Shown here in pieces: positions 8,726 to 18,731 of a stretch of 64,000 nt of DNA. Every line of letters starts with the position of its first letter. Position 1 is the first letter of the stretch. This DNA is from Candidatus Moanibacter sp. Its GTDB lineage: Bacteria; Verrucomicrobiota; Verrucomicrobiia; Opitutales; UBA2987. The translations under genes and the position numbers were made by a program. The notes under the pieces were generated by a model that was not told the origin of the DNA, ran no database searches, and worked only from the letters and a program-made list of their open reading frames with translations. The stretch is from positions 64,001 to 128,000 of the forward strand of contig CBDCEW010000099.1 in NCBI GenBank assembly GCA_965215885.1, in the 5' to 3' direction.

Positions 8726-10208
8726 GCCTCGTCAGCAGAATCTGTGGGTTATTTCGGGTTCAGGCAAGTCGCCCATGGTATGAAATAGGGCGATCTTAAG
8801 CACTTCGAAGCTCTTAAAGCCGTATGCTTTTCTGATAGTGAGATTTATATTGCGGTTAAAGCCCTCCACAATGCCGCAGGAAAAGGCCTTTTTGGCCCGA
8901 AACCAGTTGAGGATGAGCGGCTCGTGTTTGCGCACCGAGCGCACGAACCTTTTGATCGGTTTGAGGCGCGAACGCATGGCGCGCGTGCACCATTTTTTCA
9001 GATACCATTGGGCCCAGTAGGGACTTTTATAATGCCACAAGAGCTGAAAGCTCTCCTTTAGTAGATAGGCCCGCACGCTCTTCAGATCGTATTGGAGCAC
9101 CTCCTTGAGGCGGATCTGTTGGGTGGGGGTGAGATTTTGCGGATTTTTGAAGAAACAGTATTTGCTTTTGACCAGCACGTTGATGTAGCCGTCCCGTTGC
9201 AATCGCCTGGCTTCCGCAGCACGAATCTCATTGAGGGCCTTGTTCAGGTTGGCTACCAAGTGGAAGCGATCGAGGATGTGCAGCGCCTGGGGTGCCTTTT
9301 TCTTGATCACTTTGAGGTAAGGCTTCCACAGATCCGAGCAGACGTAGAGGATCTGGCTGCTCTTTTGCGCTCCCAATTCCCAGAAAAAACGCAAGAGCGA
9401 TTTTACGTTGCGCTTATTGAATACGCCCAATAGCCGCCGCCGCCCCTCGTCAAGCTGGTAGACCACGGTGAGATAGTGATGGCCTCGATGATACTGCACC
9501 TCATCGACTCCGATCGCCTCAATCCCGCTCATATCGCGCCGTTTGAGCCCCCAACGCACCATCGCCTCGACCGACTCGAAGACGTTGCGCCAGTTCGTGC
9601 GAAAAACCCTTGCCGTCTCTTCCCAGCTCAAGCGCCTCGCCCACTGGGCCAGAAACCATTGCATTGGCCAACTCAGATGACTCTTGCCCTTGGCCCAGGG
9701 CACCTCTTCGACCTTCACCCCGCACCGCCGGCAATTGACCCGCCGCATGCGGTAACGAAAATACACCTTCATCCCCCACAAGGGCACAAATTCAAAATGC
9801 CTCGCCTCGCTCATGTGGTCGTAGCCGCTGGCCGTCCGGCCACACCCCGAACAGCACACCCGACTATTCTTGCGCGGCTCAATCTGCACCACAATCGCCT
9901 CCACCGATTTCACCATTTCCATACTCGCCTTTGCGTAAACAAAGCTCTTGAGCCAATAGCACCGATTCAGTAGCGTTTTGATGAGCACTGGGTCCTCCGT
10001 GTTCAGGATGTATTTTCGGTACTACTTTCATCCTCGGAACGGCCCGGTGCTTCAACCTTTCAATCCCATATGCAAAGAAAACACCGACCAGCCCCTCCGG
10101 CTGTGGAGGAGCGGGATTCAGGGCAGCGCCCTGACTTCTCCTTGTGCTCACCGACTCTATTTCCTCTTGTAAGCGACGTTACCCACCCACAGATTCTGCT
10201 GTAGACCC
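8726..10208 (-). mobile_element. ISL3-family insertion sequence, copy 1 (1483 bp)
   Basis: Imperfect IRs GCCTCGTCAGCAGAATCTGTGGGT and GGGTCTACAGCAGAATCTGTGGGT; 8-bp target duplication AAACTGAT at 8718-8725 and 10209-10216. Confidence 0.95.
8732..9988 (-). CDS. ISL3-family transposase
   Basis: CxxC...CxxC zinc finger, IGVDE, CSDLW, LDRFH, VEGFN, RKAYGF motifs. Confidence 0.95.
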   Translation of the reverse strand: MLIKTLLNRCYWLKSFVYAKASMEMVKSVEAIVVQIEPRKNSRVCCSGCGRTASGYDHMSEARHFEFVPLWGMKVYFRYRMRRVNCRRCGVKVEEVPWAKGKSHLSWPMQWFLAQWARRLSWEETARVFRTNWRNVFESVEAMVRWGLKRRDMSGIEAIGVDEVQYHRGHHYLTVVYQLDEGRRRLLGVFNKRNVKSLLRFFWELGAQKSSQILYVCSDLWKPYLKVIKKKAPQALHILDRFHLVANLNKALNEIRAAEARRLQRDGYINVLVKSKYCFFKNPQNLTPTQQIRLKEVLQYDLKSVRAYLLKESFQLLWHYKSPYWAQWYLKKWCTRAMRSRLKPIKRFVRSVRKHEPLILNWFRAKKAFSCGIVEGFNRNINLTIRKAYGFKSFEVLKIALFHTMGDLPEPEITHRFC

Positions 10209-10323
10209 AAACTGATTAATTAATAGTTATCCGCAATATGGGTAGTGAAAGTAGAAAGTGGGAATAAACGTCCCCGGAGGGGCCGTTCCACCCGTGAGAT
10301 CCGAGTATCTGGTTCACAATTCG

Positions 10324-11133
10324 CTAAATCTTGGGCACTGCGGCCAGGAGTTTTCGAGTGTAATCGTTTTTCGCTTCGGTGTAGATTTGAGAGGAAGTCG
10401 CCTGCTCCACAATTTTTCCGTTGTTCATTACGAGAACAAAGTCGCTCAGGTGTTCGATCACGGCGAGGTCGTGTGCGATGAACAAATAAGTAAGTCCCAG
10501 TTCTTCCTGCAAGTCCTGGAGAAGGTTAATGATCTGCGCCTGGACTGAGACGTCGAGAGCGCTCACAGGCTCGTCGCAGATGATGAATTCGGGTTCGACC
10601 GCGAGCGCCCTTGCGATTCCAATACGTTGCCGCTGGCCGCCGCTGAATTCATGGGGATAGCGGTCGATATGCTCGTTCTCGAGACCGACTTTCTTCAGCA
10701 GTTCGACGACGCGTTCCCGTCTTTGCTCCTTGCTCCAGGTAGGAAAGTGAATCTCCAGTGGTTCTGATACGATCCCGTAGACGGTCATTCGAGGGTTGAG
10801 GCAGCCAAAGGGATCCTGGAAGACCATTTGAATGCGTTTTCGGTAGGGAAAGAATTCTTTCGTTGGCAATTTGGAGATTTCCTGGCCGGAGTAGGCGATT
10901 GAGCCGGAGTTTATCGAGACCAAACGGACGATGGCGCGACCAATCGTCGTCTTGCCGCTCCCGCTCTCACCCACGAGACCTACAGTAGAGCCGCGTAATA
11001 CCGAAAAGGAGACCCCGTCCACCGCTCTAATGGAACCGGCTTCGCGGCGCGTGACCCCGCCGCCGGTCACGGGAAAGTGCACCTTCAGGTCTCGGACCTC
11101 GAGGAGGTTCTGTTTGTTGGTCGGTTCGTGCAT
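10324..11133 (-). CDS. oppF: Peptide ABC transporter ATP-binding subunit (OppF-like)
   Basis: [39 protein letters not shown]. Confidence 0.9.
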   Translation of the reverse strand: MHEPTNKQNLLEVRDLKVHFPVTGGGVTRREAGSIRAVDGVSFSVLRGSTVGLVGESGSGKTTIGRAIVRLVSINSGSIAYSGQEISKLPTKEFFPYRKRIQMVFQDPFGCLNPRMTVYGIVSEPLEIHFPTWSKEQRRERVVELLKKVGLENEHIDRYPHEFSGGQRQRIGIARALAVEPEFIICDEPVSALDVSVQAQIINLLQDLQEELGLTYLFIAHDLAVIEHLSDFVLVMNNGKIVEQATSSQIYTEAKNDYTRKLLAAVPKI

Positions 11134-11309
11134 TCGCTTTATTTCATGTTATTGGGTTCTGGTGAAAAAGGCGTGATTTCGGAATCAGTGACCACGTTCT
11201 TGCGAACGCGGCTACAAAAAAGAACGACTTACCGAGCATCGTACCTGCGTTCCCAAGAACGTGGGAATTTTTCAGCGGAATCCATTAATGTTTTTGTGAC
11301 TTTTTTCCA

Positions 11310-12158
11310 TCAGACTCCTAGAGCGGCGTAATCGATCGTGGTGAGGCGCCGTTGGTTTTTCCCGATTTGCGGGATACAGTCGATGAGGGCACGAGTGTAA
11401 GGATGTTGTGGTTTTTCCAGGATTTGCCGCGCTGGGCCGGACTCGACGATCTCGCCGCGAAACATCACGACCACATCGTCGGCGAAGTCAGAGACGATGC
11501 CGAAGTTGTGCGTTATGAGAATGACCGACATGGCTGTCTCCTCTCTGATTTGGCGCAAGAGATCCATAATCTGAGCCTGGATGGTGACGTCAAGAGCAGT
11601 GGTTGGTTCGTCCGCCACGAGCACACGCGGTTCGCAGGCGAGAGCCATCGCAATCATAACGCGTTGCTGCATACCCCCACTGAGTTGGTGGGGATAGTGG
11701 TCGACACGAGTATCCGGGTCTCTAATACTGACGCGTTCAAGGGAATCGATGACGCACTTTCTGACGTCTCTAACGTGCGGCAGGTGCAGTCTAATCGCTT
11801 CCGCTATCTGGTAGCCGATAGTGAAAACCGGATTGAGGGAGGAAGAGGGCTCTTGGAATATATAGGCGATTTCCTTTCCGCGGATTTTACGGATCTCTTT
11901 ACCAGCGAGGGCGAGGAGGTCCCTTCCTTCGAATATCACCCTACCGTCGATTATGCAGTTGGGCGGCTGAGGTAGGAGACGAGTGAGTGCCAGGGCGGAG
12001 ACCGTCTTTCCACTCCCGCTCTCTCCCACGATTGCTAAGGAACGGCCCGATTCGAGGACGAACGAGACACCCTTAACGGCTTCGTTCTCTTTGCCTCGAC
12101 TGAAGAAACTGACCCTGAGATTTCTGGCTTCGAGGATATTGGGAGTATTGTGTTTCAA
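11310..12158 (-). CDS. oppD: Peptide ABC transporter ATP-binding subunit (OppD-like)
   Basis: [39 protein letters not shown]. Confidence 0.9.
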   Translation of the reverse strand: MKHNTPNILEARNLRVSFFSRGKENEAVKGVSFVLESGRSLAIVGESGSGKTVSALALTRLLPQPPNCIIDGRVIFEGRDLLALAGKEIRKIRGKEIAYIFQEPSSSLNPVFTIGYQIAEAIRLHLPHVRDVRKCVIDSLERVSIRDPDTRVDHYPHQLSGGMQQRVMIAMALACEPRVLVADEPTTALDVTIQAQIMDLLRQIREETAMSVILITHNFGIVSDFADDVVVMFRGEIVESGPARQILEKPQHPYTRALIDCIPQIGKNQRRLTTIDYAALGV

Positions 12159-12209
12159 TATGCTTATCGGTTGGAAAGTGACGATTTACCGAGGTGCGCA
12201 TCGAGGCTC

Positions 12210-13916
12210 TTAGGCGAGGAAATTTCGAATGGATTGGCGACTCTCTCTGTTGCCCGGTCTAGGAACGGCGGAAACCAGTTCCCGCGTATAATCTTGTTTA
12301 GGAGATTCGATAACTTCAGTGGTGTCGCCCTCTTCGACAATTCTTCCATTTTTCATGACGACCGTCCGGTCTGCGATTTCCTTTACGACGCCCAGATCGT
12401 GTGTGATGAAGAGGTAAGAGAGGTTATATTTCTCCTGCAGATTAATGAGCAGGTCGAGAATTTGCGCCTGAATGGTTACGTCTAGCGCACTGACCGCCTC
12501 GTCACATACGATGAATTTGGGCTTCAGTGAGATTGCCCTTGCGATGCATATGCGCTGTCTTTGCCCTCCGGAAAACTCGTGAGGATAGCGGTGTCGATGA
12601 TCGGGTTCGAGGCCGACTTCACGCAACAGGCGAACGGCCGTGTCTTCTTTCGAGTCCGTTAATTCGCGGTGTTCCACGAGGCCTTCGGTCAGGATGTCCA
12701 GTACGGTCATTCTCGGATTCAGGGAAGAAAACGGGTCCTGAAAGATAATCTGCAGATCCCGGCGAAGTGGCTTGAACTGGCTCCGATTCAACGTCATCAG
12801 ATCCCGCTCCTCATAGTAGATCTCTCCCTCTTGCACCTTTTCCAGTCCCAGGATTGTCCGGCCCAGTGTCGTCTTTCCGCTGCCGGATTCTCCCACCAGG
12901 GCCAGCGTCTCACCGGGCCGAATAGCAAGGCTCACTCCATCCACCGCCTTGACATGACCAACGACCCGCGCGAATATTCCCCGTCGGATCGGAAACCAGG
13001 TTTTTAAATTGCGTATTCTGATGACCGCGGTTTCTTCCGGCTCGCCCTCTACGGAATCGCCGTTTAGCTCGCTCATTACCTCCAGGGGACGGCGACGGGG
13101 CGGAGAATTCAGACGTGGCACGGCAGCGAGGAGACTTCGTGTATAACTGTGTGCGGGACGCTCAAAAAGCTCTTCGATGGGACTTTCTTCGACAATTTGT
13201 GCCTCCTTCATGACAATGACGCGGTCACAGAGCTGCCAGATTACACCCATATCGTGTGTAATGAAGAGCAGCGAAGTCTTTTCGCTCTTCATCCGGATGA
13301 GGAGCTCAAAAATCTGTCGCTGCGTCGTGACATCCACGGCAGTTGTCGGCTCGTCCGCAATGATCAGACTGGGATTCAACATGACGACCATCGCAATCAT
13401 AGCCCGTTGCCGCATACCCCCGGAGAATTGAAAAGGGAAGGCGCGCATTCGCTCTTCCGGCTCCGGGATTCCGACCTTATCCAGCCAATCGACGCTCCTC
13501 TTCCAAGCCTCTTCTCTGGATATGGTTTGATGAAGAAGGAGAGATTCGACTAGCTGATCTCCGATCGTGTGAAGAGGAGATAGGGCAGTCATCGGTTCCT
13601 GAAAAATAATGCCGATCTCTCGACCGCGGACCTTCCTAAGTTCCTTAATAGGCAAGCTGAGAAGATCTCGGTCCTTGAAGCGTGCGGAGCCGGATTCAAT
13701 CTCTCCTGGGGGACAGTGAATAAGCCGCAGCATACTCATTCCGGTGACGGATTTACCACTACCGGACTCCCCAACGAGGCCGAGAATCTCGCCTTCATCG
13801 ATATGAAAATTCACATCTCTGACGGCTGTAACCTTCAATTCCTCCGTCCTGAAGGAAACGGTCAGGTTCTTAACCTCGAGGAGTCTCTTCACAGCATCAC
13901 TCATTTTGCGATCCAC
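12210..13916 (-). CDS. yejF: Double-domain peptide ABC ATPase (YejF-like)
   Basis: Two complete ABC cassettes (OppD-type then OppF-type) in one chain, downstream of YejABE-like genes. Confidence 0.85.
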   Translation of the reverse strand: MDRKMSDAVKRLLEVKNLTVSFRTEELKVTAVRDVNFHIDEGEILGLVGESGSGKSVTGMSMLRLIHCPPGEIESGSARFKDRDLLSLPIKELRKVRGREIGIIFQEPMTALSPLHTIGDQLVESLLLHQTISREEAWKRSVDWLDKVGIPEPEERMRAFPFQFSGGMRQRAMIAMVVMLNPSLIIADEPTTAVDVTTQRQIFELLIRMKSEKTSLLFITHDMGVIWQLCDRVIVMKEAQIVEESPIEELFERPAHSYTRSLLAAVPRLNSPPRRRPLEVMSELNGDSVEGEPEETAVIRIRNLKTWFPIRRGIFARVVGHVKAVDGVSLAIRPGETLALVGESGSGKTTLGRTILGLEKVQEGEIYYEERDLMTLNRSQFKPLRRDLQIIFQDPFSSLNPRMTVLDILTEGLVEHRELTDSKEDTAVRLLREVGLEPDHRHRYPHEFSGGQRQRICIARAISLKPKFIVCDEAVSALDVTIQAQILDLLINLQEKYNLSYLFITHDLGVVKEIADRTVVMKNGRIVEEGDTTEVIESPKQDYTRELVSAVPRPGNRESRQSIRNFLA

Positions 13917-13963
13917 CCCATTGATTCAATAATTCGAGAAGTGATGGGTCAAGACCATGGGGG

Positions 13964-15553
13964 CTACTCGATTTTACTGTTAGTACGTGGATCAAATGCA
14001 CTCCTAACGCCTTCGCCGATAAATACACCGAAGAGGACGACGACGAAAAGCGCGGTGGACGGATAGAGGACAAGCCACCAGGCGTAGCGGAATTCCTGGG
14101 CTTGAGAAAGAAGCTCTCCCCAACTGGGAGTTGGAGGCGGAAGGCCAAATCCGAGATAGTCCAGGGCGGCAAGGACGCCGATGGCTCCGACCAATGAAAA
14201 AGGAAAAAACGTGATGATGGGCACTAGTCCGTTTGGAAGGATATGCTTGAAGACGACTTTGAAAGTCGAGAGCCCCATGCAATGGGCAGACTCAACGAAA
14301 GGCTGTTTCCGCAACCTGAGAAACTCGGCGCGCATATAATAGGAGATACCGATCCAATTGAATAGACCGTAAAGGAATAGCAGGATGACGAAACTTCGGC
14401 CGTAAACTGATCCGATGAGGATGAGAATATAGATGAAGGGAAGTGATTCCCAGATTTCGATTAGCCGTTGGCCAGCGAGATCCGTTTTGCCTCCGTAGTA
14501 ACCCTGGAGTGCGCCGAAAAGGATTCCGATTACCATTGTCGAGCAGACCAGAAGGAATCCGAAATTGAGAGACGTACGAAGGGCATAGATGATCCGCACG
14601 AGCACATCGCGACCGGAGCTGTCCAATCCCATTATGTGGCTTTTTGTCGGCCGATACGGGAAATAGAAATCTTCTTTTTCGAAATTTACGCGAAACTGTC
14701 GGTCACCGATCACGATCGTTTCGAAGGCCACTGCCTGATCAAAGCGATCTTTGACCTTTTCGAGCAATGCCTCTCTTTGCATCTCGGCGAGATTTTCCCA
14801 GAGGGGAGGCGGCTTTGTTTTTGGCCTCAATTCCGAATCAAACTCAATCTCTTCCGAAGCTTCAGCTTGAACAATCTCGCGCAGGGTTAAACGTACCGAT
14901 TTGGGCGGTCCTACTCTGGGTTCATATTGCGAGAGGGAGATAGTGACTCTCACGCCTTCGGAATTCTCGGTGTCGGAGGACAGGGAGGGCATGAATCGGT
15001 TTTGGAATCGTCCGGAGACGGCCTCTTCGATCTTTTCCGGAATTCGAAAACGTTCTCTTACCGATAGATCCCGGACAGATCTGTCGCGATCGACAGCGAA
15101 AAAATAGGCGCTCCCCCGGGATCGACTAATGCTATAGTCCGTGCGAATATTTACGGTAGCAACCCGCTGGTTCCGCTCAAAACGAACCGTTACGCCTTCA
15201 GTAAAATCAATCGAATCCTTAGAGACGCTTTCGTTGGGTTCGTAGGGGAACGGTGAAAAGATGACAACATTACCTGGGTTCTTGCCAAAGTTAGGATCTT
15301 GAGCCAGTTGCTTGTAATCGGGTCTGGTCAGACGCCCGTTCTTCAGGAATGTGTCTTCGGGATAGTAGAAGAGAATAGGCAGATATACTTTCCCTTCATA
15401 GCGGAGAAACAGGGGAAGATTGTTACAGAGCAGGTTCGCCATGAGGCCAATAACATAGAGAATGAGGAGAGCCCAGAATGACCAGTAGGCGCGCTTGATC
15501 TGTCTAAAGCGACCAAGACGCCTTTTAGTAATCGGGTTGAGGTTCAGTCGCAT
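13964..15553 (-). CDS. yejE: ABC permease (YejE-like) with a large extracytoplasmic insertion
   Basis: YejE-type N-terminus (LNPITKRRLGRFRQIKRAYWSF), HIMGLDSSGRDV, LDYLGFGLPPPTPSWGELL, FIGEGVRSAFDPR. Confidence 0.85.
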   Translation of the reverse strand: MRLNLNPITKRRLGRFRQIKRAYWSFWALLILYVIGLMANLLCNNLPLFLRYEGKVYLPILFYYPEDTFLKNGRLTRPDYKQLAQDPNFGKNPGNVVIFSPFPYEPNESVSKDSIDFTEGVTVRFERNQRVATVNIRTDYSISRSRGSAYFFAVDRDRSVRDLSVRERFRIPEKIEEAVSGRFQNRFMPSLSSDTENSEGVRVTISLSQYEPRVGPPKSVRLTLREIVQAEASEEIEFDSELRPKTKPPPLWENLAEMQREALLEKVKDRFDQAVAFETIVIGDRQFRVNFEKEDFYFPYRPTKSHIMGLDSSGRDVLVRIIYALRTSLNFGFLLVCSTMVIGILFGALQGYYGGKTDLAGQRLIEIWESLPFIYILILIGSVYGRSFVILLFLYGLFNWIGISYYMRAEFLRLRKQPFVESAHCMGLSTFKVVFKHILPNGLVPIITFFPFSLVGAIGVLAALDYLGFGLPPPTPSWGELLSQAQEFRYAWWLVLYPSTALFVVVLFGVFIGEGVRSAFDPRTNSKIE

Positions 15554-15557
15554 CGTC

Positions 15558-16601
15558 TTATTGTGAAGAAAAAGTGATCCTCGGATCGATCAGTAGATAG
15601 CAGAAATCAGAAAGGATCCGTCCAATCAGACCCAGAAGTGAAGTGAGCGCGAGAATCCCCATGAAAACCATATAGTCTCTGCTGATGATTGCATCGAGAC
15701 TGAGAAGGCCCATGCCGGGAATTTCGAAGACCTTCTCGATGAGGACGGAACCGGCAAACATGAGGGTCATGATACTTCCGAATCCCGTCGCTATGGGTAT
15801 CAATGCGTTGCGCAGGGCGTGTCCCCAAACGGCGCGATTCATAGTGCCCCCTTTAGCAAGAACGGTCCTTACGTAATCTTGTCCGATCTGATCCAATAGA
15901 GAGTTTTTCATTAAGAGCGTAAGGACGGCGAAATTCCCGATGACATAGCATGAGACCGGAAGGAACATGTGCATAAACTGATCTTTCACTTTGTCCCAGA
16001 AGGAGAGCGATTCGAAGTCATCAGAACGGAAGCCGCCAAGGGGAAAGATGTCGAAGAAGTGTTCGGATGTGCCTGACAGAAAAAGCTTTAGCAGCATACC
16101 GAAGGCGAAGGCTGGAATTGCATAGCCAACAAAGACGACAACGCTCGAAACGAGATCGAAGACGGTACCGTTTCGCAGCGCTTTGGCTATTCCTAACGGG
16201 ATGCAAATTAAATAGGTGAGGACGAATCCGGTTATTCCGAATGTGAGCGAGATCGGAAATCGTTCAATAATGAGCTGCCAGACGGTCTTGTTCGTGTACT
16301 TATAGGAGTCGACGGTCATCCCCATACGGTGCACCACGAGCCACTCCCAATAGCGTGTCAGGATTGGCTTATCGAATCCGAAATGAGTCTCCAGTGCTTC
16401 TCGCTGTTTTTCCGAAATTGACTCCGAGGGTAAAGTCGCGCTACCGGCTTCCGCGCCGCCGATACCCCTCATTTGCATCATGATCTGTTCGACCGGACCC
16501 CCGGGGACAAACTGGCAGAGGACGAAGCAGCTTATCGTTATGCCTATAAACGTCGGTATGACGAGGAGGAGTCGCCGCAAGAAATAGCTGAGACGGTCCA
16601 T
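15558..16601 (-). CDS. yejB: ABC permease (YejB-like)
   Basis: Start reassigned to ATG 16601 (MDRLSYFLRRLLLVIPT); QFVPGGPVEQ, FGFDKP, LMKNSLLDQ, DPRITF. Confidence 0.88.
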   Translation of the reverse strand: MDRLSYFLRRLLLVIPTFIGITISCFVLCQFVPGGPVEQIMMQMRGIGGAEAGSATLPSESISEKQREALETHFGFDKPILTRYWEWLVVHRMGMTVDSYKYTNKTVWQLIIERFPISLTFGITGFVLTYLICIPLGIAKALRNGTVFDLVSSVVVFVGYAIPAFAFGMLLKLFLSGTSEHFFDIFPLGGFRSDDFESLSFWDKVKDQFMHMFLPVSCYVIGNFAVLTLLMKNSLLDQIGQDYVRTVLAKGGTMNRAVWGHALRNALIPIATGFGSIMTLMFAGSVLIEKVFEIPGMGLLSLDAIISRDYMVFMGILALTSLLGLIGRILSDFCYLLIDPRITFSSQ

Positions 16602-16868
16602 TAGGAATCTGTCGATCTTTGCCCGGAAATACTGTGAGATATCCGGGTTAGCAGCCTGTCGGACTTTGCTTTCAATGGGACCAGTCCAAGTGATTCTGGT
16701 CAGCCACTCGCCTGTCATTGCGAGCGCAGCGTGGCAATCCACGGTTAGGAAGGTGCGAAAACCTGGATTGCTTCGTCATTCTTCCTCGCAATGACAGGGT
16801 TCGCATGTTTTCGTGGCTTGTTGCGCCGACGTTTTCATCTTTTCATTCTAAGTCCGACAGGCTGTTAG
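16602..16868. mobile_element. Composite IS5-like MITE with a nested palindromic doublet
   Basis: TAGGAATCTGTCG at 16602; TIR pair TTAGCAGCCTGTCGGACTT (16648) and AAGTCCGACAGGCTGTTAG (to 16868); inner TGTCATTGCGAG...CTCGCAATGACA at 16713-16796. Confidence 0.7.
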
Positions 16869-16887
16869 CTCACCGGTGGGCTCAGGT

Positions 16888-18687
16888 TTACTTTTCACCA
16901 CCCTCAAAGGCGTCATCGAAAACAACCTTGAATGACTTTGAAGGAAGCGCTTGGCCGGAGCTTATGGCCTCTTCCAGATCAGCCTCAGAATCGGGGTCTA
17001 CCCACCAGTAGGAGTAGGCGGCTTGTTCGTCTCCATATTTGTCGAGAATTGTTTCGGGCATCCCGAATTTGTTCCAATAGAGAAGCCGTGTATAATTGAT
17101 GTTCCAGAGAAGAATGTAGGGCACCTGACTGTAGACGATGGAGTCAACCTCCCGAACGATCGCGTTCCGTTTTTCAATATTAAAGATGGCTCGCTGTTGA
17201 TCGATCAGCGAGTCGACCCGTTGGTCCATAAAGCCGGTTATATTGTTACCGGAAGGGCGATTCGCCTCTTTGGAGTGCCACATACTCTCCGGGTCCTTCC
17301 AAATTCCGGCTCCCCAGGCCGCCCAGGTCATATCGTAATTGTATTCATCCATATCTCGCGCCCAGGCAGCCCAATCCTTCTTATCGATTATGAGGTCGAT
17401 GCCGACGTCTTTCAGATCTTCCTTATAGATGACGAGGAACTTATCTGAAGAAGCGGAGCGTGTGAGAAACTTGATCAGAAACGATTTTCCTTCTTTCTCG
17501 AGAATTCCGGTTTTCGGATTGGCCTCCCAACCCGCCTCCTTGAGGAGATGCCGGGCGGCTTCCTTGTCGAAAAGAATGAGCGCATTCGGGTTAGGATGTT
17601 CACGATCGTAGAGGTCCTCGTAGTAGGACTTGTGAAGAAAATACTGGTTGTGCATGAGGTTTGCGTTCATCTTCTCGCGATCCAGGAGATGGGCGAGGGC
17701 TTTCCTGACTTTCAGGTCGTCGAAAGGTTTCCTCCTCATGTTCATGGCGAACCCCTGGAATCCGACCGGGTTGTAATTATAGACCTGCTGCTTGACGATA
17801 TGATTGCGCATAAACCTCTCACCATTGGTCTGCTGGACCCAGCGGTGCGAAGTATAGACTGCGAAAAAATCTATCTCACCTTTCTTGTAGGCTTCGTAAG
17901 CGGTTTCTCTCTCCGCGTAGAAACGAAACTCGAGGGTTTGAAAGTTGCCTGTGCCCTGGGCACGCTTCCCCTCCCGGTTCCACCAATCATCGCGCCTCTC
18001 CAGTCGTACATATTGTCCCTCTTTGACTTCACCGAGCCGGTATAACCCGGAGGCAACCGGAAACTCGAAATTAATCTTATTGAAGTCCTGGTCCTCGAAA
18101 ATGTGTTTTGGCAGGATTTCGAATCCTCCCAGGGAGAGTAGATTTCTCCAATGCACCTCTTTCGCCTTGAAGCGTATGGTTCGTTCATCGAGGATCTCCG
18201 GCGTATCGAATTTCTCCAGCGCCACTTTGTGTGGACCAGTTAGATTTTCCGGTTTCATGATCGCGTCGTATGTCCACTTGACATCGAGCGCCGTGATCGG
18301 TTTTCCATCACTCCATTGCGCTTTTTCAGACAGTTTAAAGGTAAAAGTCATCTTGTCGTCAGAGACCGTCCACTGCGCGGAGAGGCCGGGCTCATGGGCG
18401 AGGGTAATGGGGTTGTTAGTGAGCAGTGATTCGAAAAGGAGACTGAAGAGCCGTGCGTTGAATACGTTATTGTCGAGATAGTAGTTAAAGCTCTTCGGAT
18501 ACTGTGAGGCAAAGGCAGAGAGTTTGCCGCCTATTTCCGCGTCCGGGCTGGCCAACGGGTTGTATTGGTCTTCCCAGTCCGATGCCGGATACGTCTTTTC
18601 TGCCGCGCTCATCGTTGCGCCACTGATCAGAACCGCGAGAATGAGCACGAGCGCTTGTTTCATTTGGTATTTATTAATAGACTTCAT
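16888..18687 (-). CDS. yejA: ABC transporter substrate-binding protein (YejA-like, family 5)
   Basis: Signal peptide (start may be MKQALV at 18663), WSDGKPITALDV, ASGLYRL, QGFAMNMRR, YWNKFG. Confidence 0.85.
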   Translation of the reverse strand: MKSINKYQMKQALVLILAVLISGATMSAAEKTYPASDWEDQYNPLASPDAEIGGKLSAFASQYPKSFNYYLDNNVFNARLFSLLFESLLTNNPITLAHEPGLSAQWTVSDDKMTFTFKLSEKAQWSDGKPITALDVKWTYDAIMKPENLTGPHKVALEKFDTPEILDERTIRFKAKEVHWRNLLSLGGFEILPKHIFEDQDFNKINFEFPVASGLYRLGEVKEGQYVRLERRDDWWNREGKRAQGTGNFQTLEFRFYAERETAYEAYKKGEIDFFAVYTSHRWVQQTNGERFMRNHIVKQQVYNYNPVGFQGFAMNMRRKPFDDLKVRKALAHLLDREKMNANLMHNQYFLHKSYYEDLYDREHPNPNALILFDKEAARHLLKEAGWEANPKTGILEKEGKSFLIKFLTRSASSDKFLVIYKEDLKDVGIDLIIDKKDWAAWARDMDEYNYDMTWAAWGAGIWKDPESMWHSKEANRPSGNNITGFMDQRVDSLIDQQRAIFNIEKRNAIVREVDSIVYSQVPYILLWNINYTRLLYWNKFGMPETILDKYGDEQAAYSYWWVDPDSEADLEEAISSGQALPSKSFKVVFDDAFEGGEK

Positions 18688-18731
18688 TGTAATCTTGGGA
18701 GCGTCGCATCAACGATCGGGTTCCTTAGTTA

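Noticed and set aside
9879..10172. Accessory or passenger ORFs at the ISL3 left end
   Set aside because: Short overlapping ORFs with no recognisable motif; their identity in both copies only reflects the IS duplication
16602..16742. 47-aa N-terminal extension of YejB in the ORF track
   Set aside because: It is translated MITE and palindromic repeat sequence; the family N-terminus begins at ATG 16601
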